From NCBI GenBank assembly GCA_051362555.1, contig CM120641.1, positions 33,362,401 through 33,426,400 on the forward strand: a stretch of DNA of 64,000 nt, in the 5' to 3' direction. Shown one piece after another: positions 1 through 11,065 of this stretch (the first letter of the stretch is position 1; each line of letters starts with the position of its first letter). The position numbers and the translations under genes were made by a program. This DNA comes from Lingula anatina (taxonomy: Eukaryota > Animalia > Brachiopoda). The notes beneath the pieces are model-generated. The model was not told the origin of the DNA and searched no databases. It worked only from the letters and a program-made list of their open reading frames with translations.

Positions 1-131
1 CAACTGTACTCATAGGTCCAGGCTTGCTTGAAATAACGGTTTCCTTTGGTTGTACCAGCTGGTAATCTGATTCCACCTGCAACCTGCCTTGTCCACTTTA
101 TACCTTCATCTGTGGCACCACCTACAGTTTT
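1..131 (-). CDS. Possible further gene A alternative exon, truncated by the window edge
   Basis: Acceptor atttgcag| at 131 gives an open phase-0 frame to the edge. Composition is coding-like, and a selector-type motif lies 264 nt upstream. Acceptor and frame are uncertain. Confidence 0.35.
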
Positions 132-394
132 CTGCAAATTCATAAATAAGCAACCCAAGCTGTTGGTAAAACTAAAGAAGTAAAATATGAAGTGTATTTT
201 TTTCTGCAAAAATAAGAATTCAAGCTTCTATATAAGCTTTTTTGACATTCCAATTGCAACACTGTGCCCAATTTGACTTGAATATATCTGACACTTTCTC
301 ACTTAAAAAACAGAAATGTAAAACTGCTATTGCATGCCATGGTTATCTGCCACTGTGTTATTGAACACTTGGACACGCATTAAAAGCTTCAACC

Positions 395-409
395 GTCACA
401 CCTAACACA
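395..409 (-). promoter_or_regulatory. Putative selector upstream of the leftmost candidate exon
   Basis: gtcacacctaacaca; 15/15 complementary to the docking sites. Confidence 0.55.
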
Positions 410-1931
410 ATCAACTAGTTTAATACTGACATTCAAATAAAACTGCTTTTCAAACTTGACCTGTATTTTTCAGTGTCATATATCATTCCAGTAAATTTGA
501 GGCTAATCAGTCCAACAGTTTTCAATATATTGAAAAGTGCAGGGCAAAAACAGCAATGGAGGTAGTTCATTGCTGTATGCACAGACACACTGTGTCTACA
601 CTTAAAAACCTCCCACATTATCTTTTCATTAAGCATGGAATTGCATTCTGTCCGTAGTAATTTTTTACCACTTCTGTGAAACCAATCATCTGAAAAACAT
701 TCAGTAAGTCAGTCATTCATAAGTCTTCTCAGCCCAACAACACTTATATTTTCACTAGTGGAATAACAAAGCCCTTCTCAAAACCATGGGGTATGCCTCG
801 GTAAAAGCTCATTTTGGTGGGGTTGGAGGTCAGCTACATGAAGGGGAAAAAAACCCTAGAAACTCCCACGCATTCCCTACCCAAGCAACTGAATAGTTAA
901 GGAACTTAAACTACTTCTTGTGGCTGTACACATTTTAACTTCTAATAAATCATAATTACTAATAAAACAATTGTACTGATAAAAAAATTAAAAGAAAGTC
1001 GAAGTCTCTGAGCAAAATAAAGGAAATCCTTTTTCTTAAAATGTCTGACAAAACAGTGAATGCATTGTGCAATACATAACTGTCAGGCAGCTTTTGCTTA
1101 GTAAGTTGTTTCTCAAGTCCCACTAACATCTAAATGACCAAAACAGAAAAAGAAATTGAATCATAATAGCTTTAAAATTTATGATAATTAAGGTCTTATG
1201 CCTCAGGAGACATGTGAGATGTGATAATCAAGACCTTGTCATAAATGAAATGTAATAGGTGTGATAGTAAAAACCTCATAGCACGGTTATATTGTCATAG
1301 GTGTGATTATAAAGATCTTGCATCACAGTTGAATTGTGGCAAGTGTGGCCAACACCTGGTGCATTTTGTCAGCCAATCATGGTTTTAATTGTTTCTTTTT
1401 TATTATCTACAATATTATCTACTCTAAAAAAATACAATGTCACATGGCTTAAAGTATATAAAACTGAAATGAATATTAAGACTCTACAAACTGACTTCAT
1501 CTCTATGGCCATTTCTGTAATACAGCAACATTAGATAAAGACAGTAGATAAAGAATAATTCAATTTAAATGTTCAACAACATGGCAAAAATAATCGCTAA
1601 CATTAATATATGCTTTAATGCTTTAAAATTGATATAAATATATCCAATAACAAGTAAGTTATCTGTCACTAAAAATACTCATTTGCCATTCTGTTCAAAT
1701 AAACATGTTTTCAGATCTGAAGAGTCACATACTCATAAGCATATTATTCATTGTAAAACATGAGTCCCACCACAGAAAGACAATATATACTGTATAAAAA
1801 CTACTCAGCTCTATTTTTTTAAATTTCTCTGGTGTTAAGTGTTTTGTAGTAATAATGCCTAAGAATTGGGGGGGGGGGGGGGGGGGGGGTAAGAGTGAGA
1901 TGTCAAAGGTTTATTTGGACAGATTGTTCGT

Positions 1932-2270
1932 TCAAGACCACTTGTCATATTGCTGACCTAAAGACACACCCTCCATCTGTAACTTTTTCTTCAACCGCTG
2001 ACGTTTGTGTCTTAGTCTGTCCATTTTTTTATGATGTTCATATTTCTGAGGATCAGCTTTAATCTTTTGTCTATACAATTTTCTTCTCAAAGCACCAGAA
2101 GACATGTGCGGTTTTTTCCTTGACGGCACCGGGACAGTATTGCTGCCAGAAATCCCAACTTCTGCATTCTGTCCTGACGCTGCATTTTCCCATGAGGTTC
2201 CTAGTCCAACATTGTGACCTGATGTCACAGATGCTACCGTATTCATCCTGGGTGCCCCAATTCCTGCAGC
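1932..2270 (-). CDS. Gene A alternative terminal exon (single exon)
   Basis: tcttttctag|GCT phase-0 acceptor at 2270, in frame with ORF 1932-2246: AAGIGAPRMNTV...RKKPHMSSGALRRKLYRQKIKADPQKYEHHKKMDRLRHKRQRLKKKLQM... An AATAAA lies on the minus strand at 1915-1910. Confidence 0.8.
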   Translation of the reverse strand, partial: AAGIGAPRMNTVASVTSGHNVGLGTSWENAASGQNAEVGISGSNTVPVPSRKKPHMSSGALRRKLYRQKIKADPQKYEHHKKMDRLRHKRQRLKKKLQMEGVSLGQQYDKWS

Positions 2271-2353
2271 CTAGAAAAGACAGGGCATGGCTTAACTGAG
2301 GACCAAGGTCTGGAACACTGGAATGGCCTGTAACTGAGACCATTCTTAATCAA

Positions 2354-2454
2354 TCACACCCAACACAATGTCCCTCTCAATGAAGAATATGTTACATCTT
2401 ACAGAATGTCACTCTTTCCAATTACATACTTGGTTTGAAGTCACACCTAACACA
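2354..2454 (-). promoter_or_regulatory. Two putative selectors upstream of the 2270 acceptor (2440-2454 and 2354-2367)
   Basis: gtcacacctaacaca (15/15) and tcacacccaacaca (13/14; the single change is G-U compatible in the transcript). Confidence 0.6.
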
Positions 2455-2668
2455 ACACAGAAATCTTTTTCTAATCAGCAATAAAAAAAAGCTAAATGTT
2501 ATCCCCTCAAACAAATCTGCCATGCATAGAATATGACATCTGTCCATGTGACAAATATAAAAAGAAAATGCACACATTCAAGTGGTGTTTAATGTTTAAC
2601 TGATGATTAGATGAACATTTTATAATGCAGAATAACACAAATAGACTAACCATCTTAAGACCTGGATT

Positions 2669-2848
2669 CTAGACAGTGTTCTCTGAAAGAAGTTTGCGTT
2701 TCATTCGCTGTCGCCTATGGCGTAGGCGGTCTAGTTTCTTATGGCGCTCATATCTAACAGGGTCTAATTTGACCAGTTGTCTATACTTTTGCATGTATGT
2801 GTTTCTTGCTAGTCCAGCAATAACTGCACTACCCTGGCCAGGTCTATC
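2669..2848 (-). CDS. Gene A alternative terminal exon (single exon; absent from the ORF track)
   Basis: ttttgtag| phase 0: DRPGQGSAVIAGLARNTYMQKYRQLVKLDPVRYERHKKLDRLRHRRQRMKRKLLSENTV* (180 nt). Strongly similar to the 1932-2270 exon. Confidence 0.8.
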   Translation of the reverse strand, partial: DRPGQGSAVIAGLARNTYMQKYRQLVKLDPVRYERHKKLDRLRHRRQRMKRKLLSENTV

Positions 2849-3052
2849 CTACAAAACAACACCACAATGTCACAATGTGTTAGGTGTGATGGTGTACTTA
2901 AATCTGCAAAGATATCATATGTGATAGTTAGTTAAGAAGGGAGGTCTGTGTGTATGTGTCGGTGTGTGTGTTTGAGGAGAGAGAGAGAGAGACAGAAAGA
3001 ATGCATTTGATCAAACACATCATTTCATTATCTATACACATTAACTTTACCA

Positions 3053-3067
3053 CTGTCACATCCAACA
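3053..3067 (-). promoter_or_regulatory. Putative degenerate selector upstream of the 2848 acceptor
   Basis: Plus ctgtcacatccaaca; pairs with the docking site with one mismatch and one G-U pair. Confidence 0.4.
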
Positions 3068-4201
3068 AACACTTACTATCCATATACAAGCATGAATCAA
3101 ATTATAACCTTAGGTTCTATGTATATTACTGACCACAGGAGGCTCCAAATGCATTTCCTGATACCATATTATGATTTATTGTCATTGTAGGCTATAGTAA
3201 GTGTTTTGCAGGGTGGGATTACGAGTATGATGTGTGCTCAGGTGTGACATTCTGCTAGGTGAGACAGTGTATTGGGTAAGATGTGTTAAACGTTACAAGG
3301 TGTTACATAAGACATGGAAAATATCACTTGTTGCCTTAAACACACATCTTTTGTTAGTAGTCTTCTCTTTTTATTTGTTTGGTTTCTGTCTGCTGTCTTT
3401 TGGTCTCCACAGTTTTTGCCTTACACACTCTCTATGTTTCTATCTTTATTCTTCCTTCTGTCTGGACTTAGCTTGTCAACACCCTTTTAAACATCTTTAA
3501 TTATATTTCTGTTGTTTTAGTTTTCAGAAACTCATCAGATGAAAACCAACTGCTGCAGGCAATTTGTGACCACCAACACTTGAGATATTTGGTTTACATA
3601 ATACAACACCTGAAGTGAATTGAACACACTGTCACCCTGACATTATTATTAATTCACATTTTCACATTAGTACTTTAGTCTATGCAACATGACTTCACTG
3701 ATTATACTCAATCAATGCCCCAATCAGATGTGCTTATCCTTATATAACATTACCAAGCCTAACCTAACCCAGACAGATCAACAGCAGCCTAAGTTCATTA
3801 TTCCAGTGTGATCAGGATACAAAAACAAATATACCATGTACCACAGATTCAAACTATAAAATGACACAATTTCTTCTCCACTGTCACCACAGTATTGGAT
3901 ATCAAAGATGTCGCCTCTGATATACAAATTCACTCAGGCCAAAAGTGTTGTGCTATTCATCATTTCATCACTGACCATTTTCATTTTGAAAATGAAATTT
4001 CTAAATCAATTCATTAACTTTCTTTTTATTCTAAAAACACAGGAAACTACAAACAGGATTAAAAAATCAAGATACACCATGCTTTGATACACATGTGAAA
4101 TATCTTTTTCTTCAGTAAGTGATAATATTGATTCTATTTTTCTTAAAAAAATCCATTTTTCAACTGCAAGAGTTGCATAAACATGTAGTACATAAAATAT
4201 G

Positions 4202-4639
4202 TCACGTATCTGTCTCTATCTTTATTTCTATTTCATTATTTAGCAACATTTGTCTCTCTTTAAGCCTTTTTCTTCTCTGGTACTGTCGCTTGCGAGCCTT
4301 TATTCTATGTTCCTCAATCTCTGCCTGTGTCCTGTTCTTTCTAATCATTTTCTTCCTTAGGCAGTCAGCCTTTTTGTATTCCTCATACTTTTCCTTATCT
4401 TCTCGCAACTTTGCTCTGTACCTGAATGAAACATCAGGAGCACTATAACATGAAATGTTTGATGTGAATTCATTCAACTGAAATACACATCTAACCAAAT
4501 TCTACCAAACATTCAGCAATTAACAAACATCATATAAGTAGTATTTCAATACTGATTGGTGATTCAATATTTTGAAATCATTCAACGTTACATACTTTCT
4601 CATTCTTTCTTTATTTGTAAGTCGGCACCTGCCTGGGAC
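4202..4639 (-). CDS. Gene A alternative terminal cassette (two exons: 4639-4596 and 4421-4202)
   Basis: atatag|VPGRCRLTNKERMR AA|GTATGT (44 nt, phase 0 to 2), then ttcattcag|G YRAKLREDKEKYEEYKKADCLRKKMIRKNRTQAEIEEHRIKARKRQYQRRKRLKERQMLLNNEIEIKIETDT*. The intron position matches cassette 1. Confidence 0.8.
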
Positions 4640-4928
4640 CTATATAAAAGAATTACATTTCATATTACTATGTGTACAGTATCAACGAAAGGCTTTCTTT
4701 TAATCCAAGTTTATGTATTAGCATAATAATCTACATTATTTCCTAAGGCTGAAATCTTCAAAGGATTCTTGGATTCTTGACATAAAATAAATTTAACTAA
4801 AAAATCGACTACTTTATGTAAACTGACAAGGGATAAACTTTCCAATGCAGTTTTGAAGACCTGGCAAATCTCAAACATTTCTGACAATACAATTACTGGA
4901 CAGGGTTACAAATGCAACCCTCTGAAAA

Positions 4929-4948
4929 CTGACACACCTAACACACTG
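4929..4948 (-). promoter_or_regulatory. Putative selector upstream of the 4639 acceptor
   Basis: Plus ctgacacacctaacacactg; 19/20 complementary to docking site 1; 290 nt upstream of the acceptor. Confidence 0.65.
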
Positions 4949-5915
4949 TAATTTTTTAAAAACATTTACAAACAAGATATAACCTACCTCTTTTTGTGTA
5001 CCCTGCTAATTGGCATTCTACATCATGAAAAGTCAACACAAAACAAAGACTTGATCTTTACCCAAAGTTCTTTTTTTGTCCAAAAAAGGAGAACCCTCCA
5101 AATTTTTCAAAATCTGTTCCCATAACATTTAGCAATGTAGGCATATATTGGATGCTCTGATAAGTGACCTATTCAAACAACAAATTTGCCAGCATGACAG
5201 ACCATAGATGCTATTTACCATGCTTGAGGTATATAACACAATGCCCTTTTTAACAAATTTACGTTAACAAATTTTTAGTTTTTAAACATGTTGAAACTTT
5301 TATTAACAATAAAAACCAACAATGCCAAACCTTGTCACAATGCTAAACCACCCAGAAAGATGACTAATTACAGCAAACACAACATCACTTAGCACTAGAC
5401 AAGATGTCGCTTACTGCATGTTTAAGCTAAAATTCTTAACTACAACTGTAAGTGTAGCCCCACATACTGAATGGAAAATCTACTGATGTGTATTAAGGCT
5501 ACATTTCATAGACCCAGAAATATTAATGTTGTATAAAAATGTGTAGTGCTATTAAGAAAAGTTTGGAATGAAAAAGTAAACACACTTTGGGGACGAGGTT
5601 TATAATAATTTTCTTTTTTTATGTGACAATGCATTAACAAACTCTGTTTATATACATATGTTCTGTTAAAGGACAAATGTACAGTCAACTTGTTTGTTCA
5701 AAAACTAGAGTGCAATATCAAATTAATGTCTGACCATCAGTTTTCTAGGGATTTCATTTCTGTGACATAGCGACAAAAATAATTCAAATGACTGTAAGGG
5801 TAACACCATTGTAGGTAATGTTATGGTGATTTGATAGGTTTATTACATAGAAGAGAAATGGATTCTGTTGTGATGAATGTTACTGTGCGAGTTGCAGACC
5901 CACTTGGTGTGAAAA

Positions 5916-6485
5916 TTAATCTTTTGGATATGTTGCCAGATATACTCTTAGCAACTTGACTTTTTTCTTGTCATAGGTTTCTCTCACTGTACATTCTTCG
6001 TCAATTTCTTTTTTACTAAAGTGGCACATCTTAAAATGAAAATCTGAAACTGCACCTTTTCCAGACTGTCCATGTTCAAAAAAGAGATCCATTGCCACCT
6101 GCTTAAGGTCTTTCATCTTCATATCACAAGGGATTGTTAAATGCCGAGTCCCGCCTCCATTTTGAGATTTAACCTGAGTGAACCCTTTGCCCCATTCTTT
6201 GTGAAGCCACCCTAGTTCTATCCTTCGAATATTCTTTTTTGCATTTTGGTTTCCATGTAATGACTCATATCTACTTGACTTTTTCTCCTTCAAAAACTTT
6301 TGTCTAAACTCTTCTTGTAACCTCTCCAGTATTCCCTCTTCCTTGCTTTGTGATGACTGGGTGCTATTTTCTTCACCTTCACACTGCTCCCCGACTAATG
6401 TACTTTGGGCTATTCTGTCCCCAAATGTGGGGACATATTCCTCTATCTGCTCATCAGTCATGATATGTATTAACTGTTCATCAAT
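5916..6485 (-). CDS. SAM-like / uncharacterised-domain exon; possible gene A alternative terminal exon or remnant of a mobile-element gene
   Basis: Phase-0 acceptor tctttcaccag|ATT at 6485 is in frame with ORF 5916-6461: IDEQLIHIMTDEQIEEYVPTFGDRIA (resembles the C-terminal half of a SAM domain) ... GNQNAKKNIRRIELGWLH...QVKSQNGGGTRHL...RVYLAT. From recall it resembles multicopy uncharacterised invertebrate/fish proteins; not verified by search. Confidence 0.5.
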   Translation of the reverse strand: MDEQLIHIMTDEQIEEYVPTFGDRIAQSTLVGEQCEGEENSTQSSQSKEEGILERLQEEFRQKFLKEKKSSRYESLHGNQNAKKNIRRIELGWLHKEWGKGFTQVKSQNGGGTRHLTIPCDMKMKDLKQVAMDLFFEHGQSGKGAVSDFHFKMCHFSKKEIDEECTVRETYDKKKVKLLRVYLATYPKD

Positions 6486-6955
6486 CTGGTGAAAGAAGTA
6501 ATTATCTTTAACAAAAAATCAAATAAAAATCTATGAAGACATTCAACAAGTTATGAACCAATACCAAGGCAAGGTACCTAGTCACCAATAGACAGTTTTT
6601 GAAAATTTAATCAAACTCTGCCCAAAACTTTTGGCAAAATGTTGTTAACAGACAGACCTCACAGTGAAGAGCTATCAGACCGACAGCAGACCTAACAGAA
6701 AGCAAATATAGGCAAATATGCCATTTTAGATTTGAAATATATGGGTCACTACCGAACCTCTCTGATCTGCTTTTTGGTGAGGGTTCCAAAATATCTGAAA
6801 ATTTGTTTCTATGACAAATAGTTTTGGAGATGTGACCTCTGAATGCCTTTAAAGACATGCACTCAGAAGTTGCAAAGTAAATGATTCAAAACTTATTTTT
6901 CTATGTATATTAACAAAAGGAACCAAAAACACAACCTCCTTGGCAGAATTTCATA

Positions 6956-6974
6956 CTGTCACACCTAAAACACT
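6956..6974 (-). promoter_or_regulatory. Putative selector upstream of the 6485 acceptor
   Basis: Plus ctgtcacacctaaaacact; 18/19 complementary to docking site 1. Confidence 0.55.
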
Positions 6975-7258
6975 ATTACTTTTTTACATTTTAAACACTT
7001 GAACAATTTTTCTATCTGAAGAAAAGAAAACACTTACCTGTACCTCTTGATAGTCAAACTTGTAATTTCAAAATGCATTGGCTTTGATCACCAACCACTA
7101 GGTTCTCCATGATTAATGTACACAAGCAGTACTCTTTACTTTAGAACCAAATTTCTATTACCTATATACAGTTTTGAATCATGACACTTTCAAAGAAATG
7201 AGTTGTCTGTAAAATTGTATAAATCTACACTGAAGCTTGAAGGGATGATAGAGTGTTA

Positions 7259-7473
7259 CACCCCATTTCCATAGATTAGATCGACCTACTTTAGATCGAC
7301 CTAACTCCCTGGGGGTTCACGCTAAATAGCTGTCAGCCGGGGAGACACGAAAGTTAATTACCCCCTTACAGCTTGTGGTAGGCGGGACGGACATTTAAGT
7401 CGGATTATCTGAAAGTAATCTAATGAGACTCCCCGTGGGGATAGATCGATCTAAAATCTATGGGAATAGAGCC
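7259..7473. mobile_element. MITE (non-autonomous TIR element; 3-bp TSD suggests PIF/Harbinger)
   Basis: Imperfect TIRs caccccatttccatagat...atctatgggaatagagcc, flanked by TTA on both sides. Internally near-palindromic and highly similar to 23275-23500. Confidence 0.75.
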
Positions 7474-8153
7474 TTAGTGTAAATGTTAATCTCACAAATC
7501 TTTCTCCACATTTTATCAGAAATATAGGACTCCAACAATATTGTGGACACTCAATCAAAATGCCAGACTGACACAGTAAATTCAGGACACTTGGCACATT
7601 TATAAATAAGGCAAGGCAACAAAACTTCAGGTTGATCCAAGTGTTCTCATTGAAGATGTATATTTTGCTTTATCTTTACATAAAATGAATACAACATTTT
7701 ATTATCCAGTAATCCAATACCATTGACTATATATATGACACTGAATTTTGACAGCAGCCATAAAAAGACACAACATCATTCCCAAGTATGTCACTGCATT
7801 TACATGAACTACAGACACTATAGCATATAACTGCCATACAGGAGGCAGCAGACAATACATACGTATATAACAGCCACATAGGTGGCAGCACACTATACAT
7901 ATACTGTGGGCGGTTGGGTAGGAGGGGGTAAGTAGCAAAAACTGTCCCAAGATTGTGCTGTGCTTCCTATAATGCATATTACAAAATAGTTCCTTTAATT
8001 GTAACATCACTCATTCTCAAAATAACCCAAGTGGGCATTTCTAAATGGCAAAAATTCACCTTGTCCTCAGATATACATAAATATATATATGTATTATGAC
8101 CAATAAATTTATGAAGTTCATATGTAGCACCAAATTGTTAGGAGTTATTAGGA

Positions 8154-8788
8154 TTACCAGTCTGCTTCTTCAAAAGAATGAGATTCTGTTTTTATCTGAA
8201 CATTTTCAGTTTTGTTTTCTAACATCTTTCTGCGGTTCAGTTTCATTCTTTGGTACTGCTGCTTAGCAGCGAACAATTGATCTTTTTCAGATTTTTCTGG
8301 TGTCCTGTTACTTCTTTCCAGTCTTTTCCTCAACCTGTCATACTTCTTGAAATACTCCCACAGTTCACAGTCTCCTTTAATTTTATTTCTAAATCTTTAG
8401 TAAAAAGAAAAGGAATATATATACAGGAAGGTAATTTTCACTTAAAAGTTTGAGTGCCACAAAGAAAAAGAAGTCACTATGTAATGTTATGTAATGTAAC
8501 AATGTAACAAGCAGATTCCAGTTATGAAAAATCTGACAAAGAAATACTTCTAATCGAAGGAAAAATCCTGAACTTTTTAGCTTATGTTTCACATACATTA
8601 ACTAGTAAGCAATATTTGATGTAAAGAGGCCTCTAGATATATATGAAAACAGTTTCTCAATTATTTCCCAACACAGCTGATTGATTCTCAATGTTTCCCA
8701 AGCCCTATGGTAATAGTTAAATGCCATACCTCTTAACCCTCTCTGCATTTGTTAGTAGTTCCTTACCAACTCGTTTCCTACCAGGCAC
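8154..8788 (-). CDS. Gene A alternative terminal cassette 1 (two exons: 8788-8730 and 8394-8154)
   Basis: ccatag|VPGRKRVGKELLTNAERVK AG|GTATGG (59 nt, phase 0 to 2), then RFRNKIKGDCELWEYFKKYDRLRKRLERSNRTPEKSEKDQLFAAKQQYQRMKLNRRKMLENKTENVQIKTESHSFEEADW*. An in-frame alternative acceptor exists at 8388. Clearly paralogous to the 4639-4202 cassette. Confidence 0.75.
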
Positions 8789-10008
8789 CTATGGAAGAGA
8801 CACATAAATGTGCTGTAACTAGTCTACACAATATTATCAATCTTCTTACATCATGGTAGATCACTTGAATTAATGCAGTTATAAAAACTGCAGCTTTTGC
8901 AAAAAAATAATTGAAAAAATCCACTTATGCTGTGCACTTAGTATCATTTTCTGAATTTTCTATTGCGCCATCAAGAATATTTTTCAGGGAGAAATGTTCA
9001 TGAATCTGTTTTAAATTATTTAAAAACATTACTAAGCCACGACTGTTCATCATTTGAAAAACAGCAATTTACTCTTATCTGATTTCAGATATCAAAATAT
9101 TCTCTTTGCTATGTCTGCTTTCTTAAGACAAGGGAAGTCAAATCAATGCCTTCGCTACCTACTGCAACAGGATTATTAATACTGGATGTGAAACAGAAAG
9201 ACTGTGTCACTAACAGTGGCATATATTCTATGACAACACTAAACCTATCAACTGTGTTAATAAATGCCAGCGAAGATTTTTTTATTTTTTTTTTAAATTT
9301 TGGACACCTTTGTCTGAAAGAGACTTGGAAGAAATAGGTCCTCTGCACTTCACCTCATGATAAAATGAGAGCTGGATACCATATGCTTCTAAACTGTTCA
9401 GCTACACCTCCTATCTAGCTTATATCCAATATGTACTAGTTTCCCTTGAAAGCATTAAACAAGCTGAGCAGACAGGCAAACTTGTCCAATAATCAAAGAT
9501 CGATGTGTATAGCAAAATCCTATAACGAACTTTGTGGCCGAAGGAAGGAAAAAAGGAAGGATGAAAGGACAGATAGGTAGTATGACAAATCTAACCTGAC
9601 TGATGAGCAGGTTTAGCATTTTACAACTTTTAAATTTAATGAAGTTAATTTAGTGGATTCACAACTTCCATCAAGCAAAGATCCTTATTTCACCTTGGTC
9701 AGATACATATATATAGCAAGTTCAAGATCTTGAATACATTTGCTGTAAGCGAAAAAAAAAAACCCCACTCTTTGCCAAACACCTTGTTAGGTCTCTATGA
9801 CAAGAATTTCTTATATATATATATATATATCCCACTTAAACTTTACGAATACAAGGTTTTACCTTGGGTTAATTTCATACAACAGCCACAAGTTTTTATT
9901 GAAAATATTTTGCCATTTCCTCACTCAAGATACCATATTCTTCACCCTGATACTGCTGAGATTAGGCATTCAGTCACACAGACTCTCATAGCTAGAAGCA
10001 TCAAATTA

Positions 10009-10012
<4 letters not shown>

Positions 10013-10063
<51 letters not shown>
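10013..10063. repeat. (TC)n(TA)n microsatellite
   Basis: Direct reading. Confidence 0.9.
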
Positions 10064-10900
10064 GCATTCAGTGTCCTACAGGTAGTATGGCAGAATGGCT
10101 GTAGTTACAAGGGGATTCAAGGGGATTTCATTAATAGATCTTACAGACTCTGAAATCATATTTTCTTCTTAACATTTTGGTAACCCATCCTTTTATAAGA
10201 ATATATTATTCCCAGACACTCAAAGCTTAAGTCTGTTTTCTTGCACTTCAAGAATGTATACGAGTGTTATCTTCCAGAGACCTTCCAGGGAGACATGTAA
10301 ATATCAAAGCAACTATCATATCTTTTAGAATAAATGTCTTATATACAAAAGGGCGATCCACTTGGATAATTTAAGTAAAGTTATGTAACTGCTATTTTTT
10401 TCAACACATCACAGGGTAATTTTAGGTCTCAAAATCTAAAATTCAAGAGCCACCAACACTAAACCATAACAACCAGTACAGAATTTTATGGTCTTTTCAT
10501 AAGCTTTTTTATATTTCATATTTCTATTTCACCTGTTTATATAGCAACATTGCAACTTAATGATAATAATAAAATACAATTATAGACTGGCTGAAGTCGA
10601 TATGTTATTTTGCATATCTCAGAAAATGCACTGATAAAACGACCAATAGACCTTTTTTCTGATTGGTCAAAAAACCAATGACAATGTTATCAGTCAATCT
10701 TGTTTTATCAGACCTCAATTTCATAGATATTATAAGCTCATAATCTGTAAATCTACTCTAATTACATGGTTTACATAATAAAATACGAACTCACAACATT
10801 TTTTGCATTCAATACATAGAATCCTGCTGGAGTCACAAAATTGATTTTAATTCCAGAAACCAATACTCAGAGATGATTCATCATTTTATTCAACAAACTG

Positions 10901-10920
10901 ACAGTGTGTTAGGTGTGACA
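10901..10920 (-). promoter_or_regulatory. Putative RNA docking site 2 (duplicate copy)
   Basis: Plus strand acagtgtgttaggtgtgaca, sharing a 19-nt identical core with 11066-11084. Confidence 0.6.
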
Positions 10921-11065
10921 TTGTGTTACATGTAACATTGTATTATGTGTGCATGATATTGGCAGTATCACTGAACTGATGTGACAATGTTTTACAGTTT
11001 ACCATAGCCAAATTATAAAGATCTTAGATATGTGACAGCATTCTGGGTGTGCCAAAATTGGATTT

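Noticed and set aside
6607-6858. 83-aa ORF directly after the 6956 selector as its target exon
   Set aside because: No convincing phase-0 acceptor and no recognisable peptide.
9000-9348. Additional variable cassette near ORF 9109-9348
   Set aside because: No clear basic motif, multiple stops, and no selector found.
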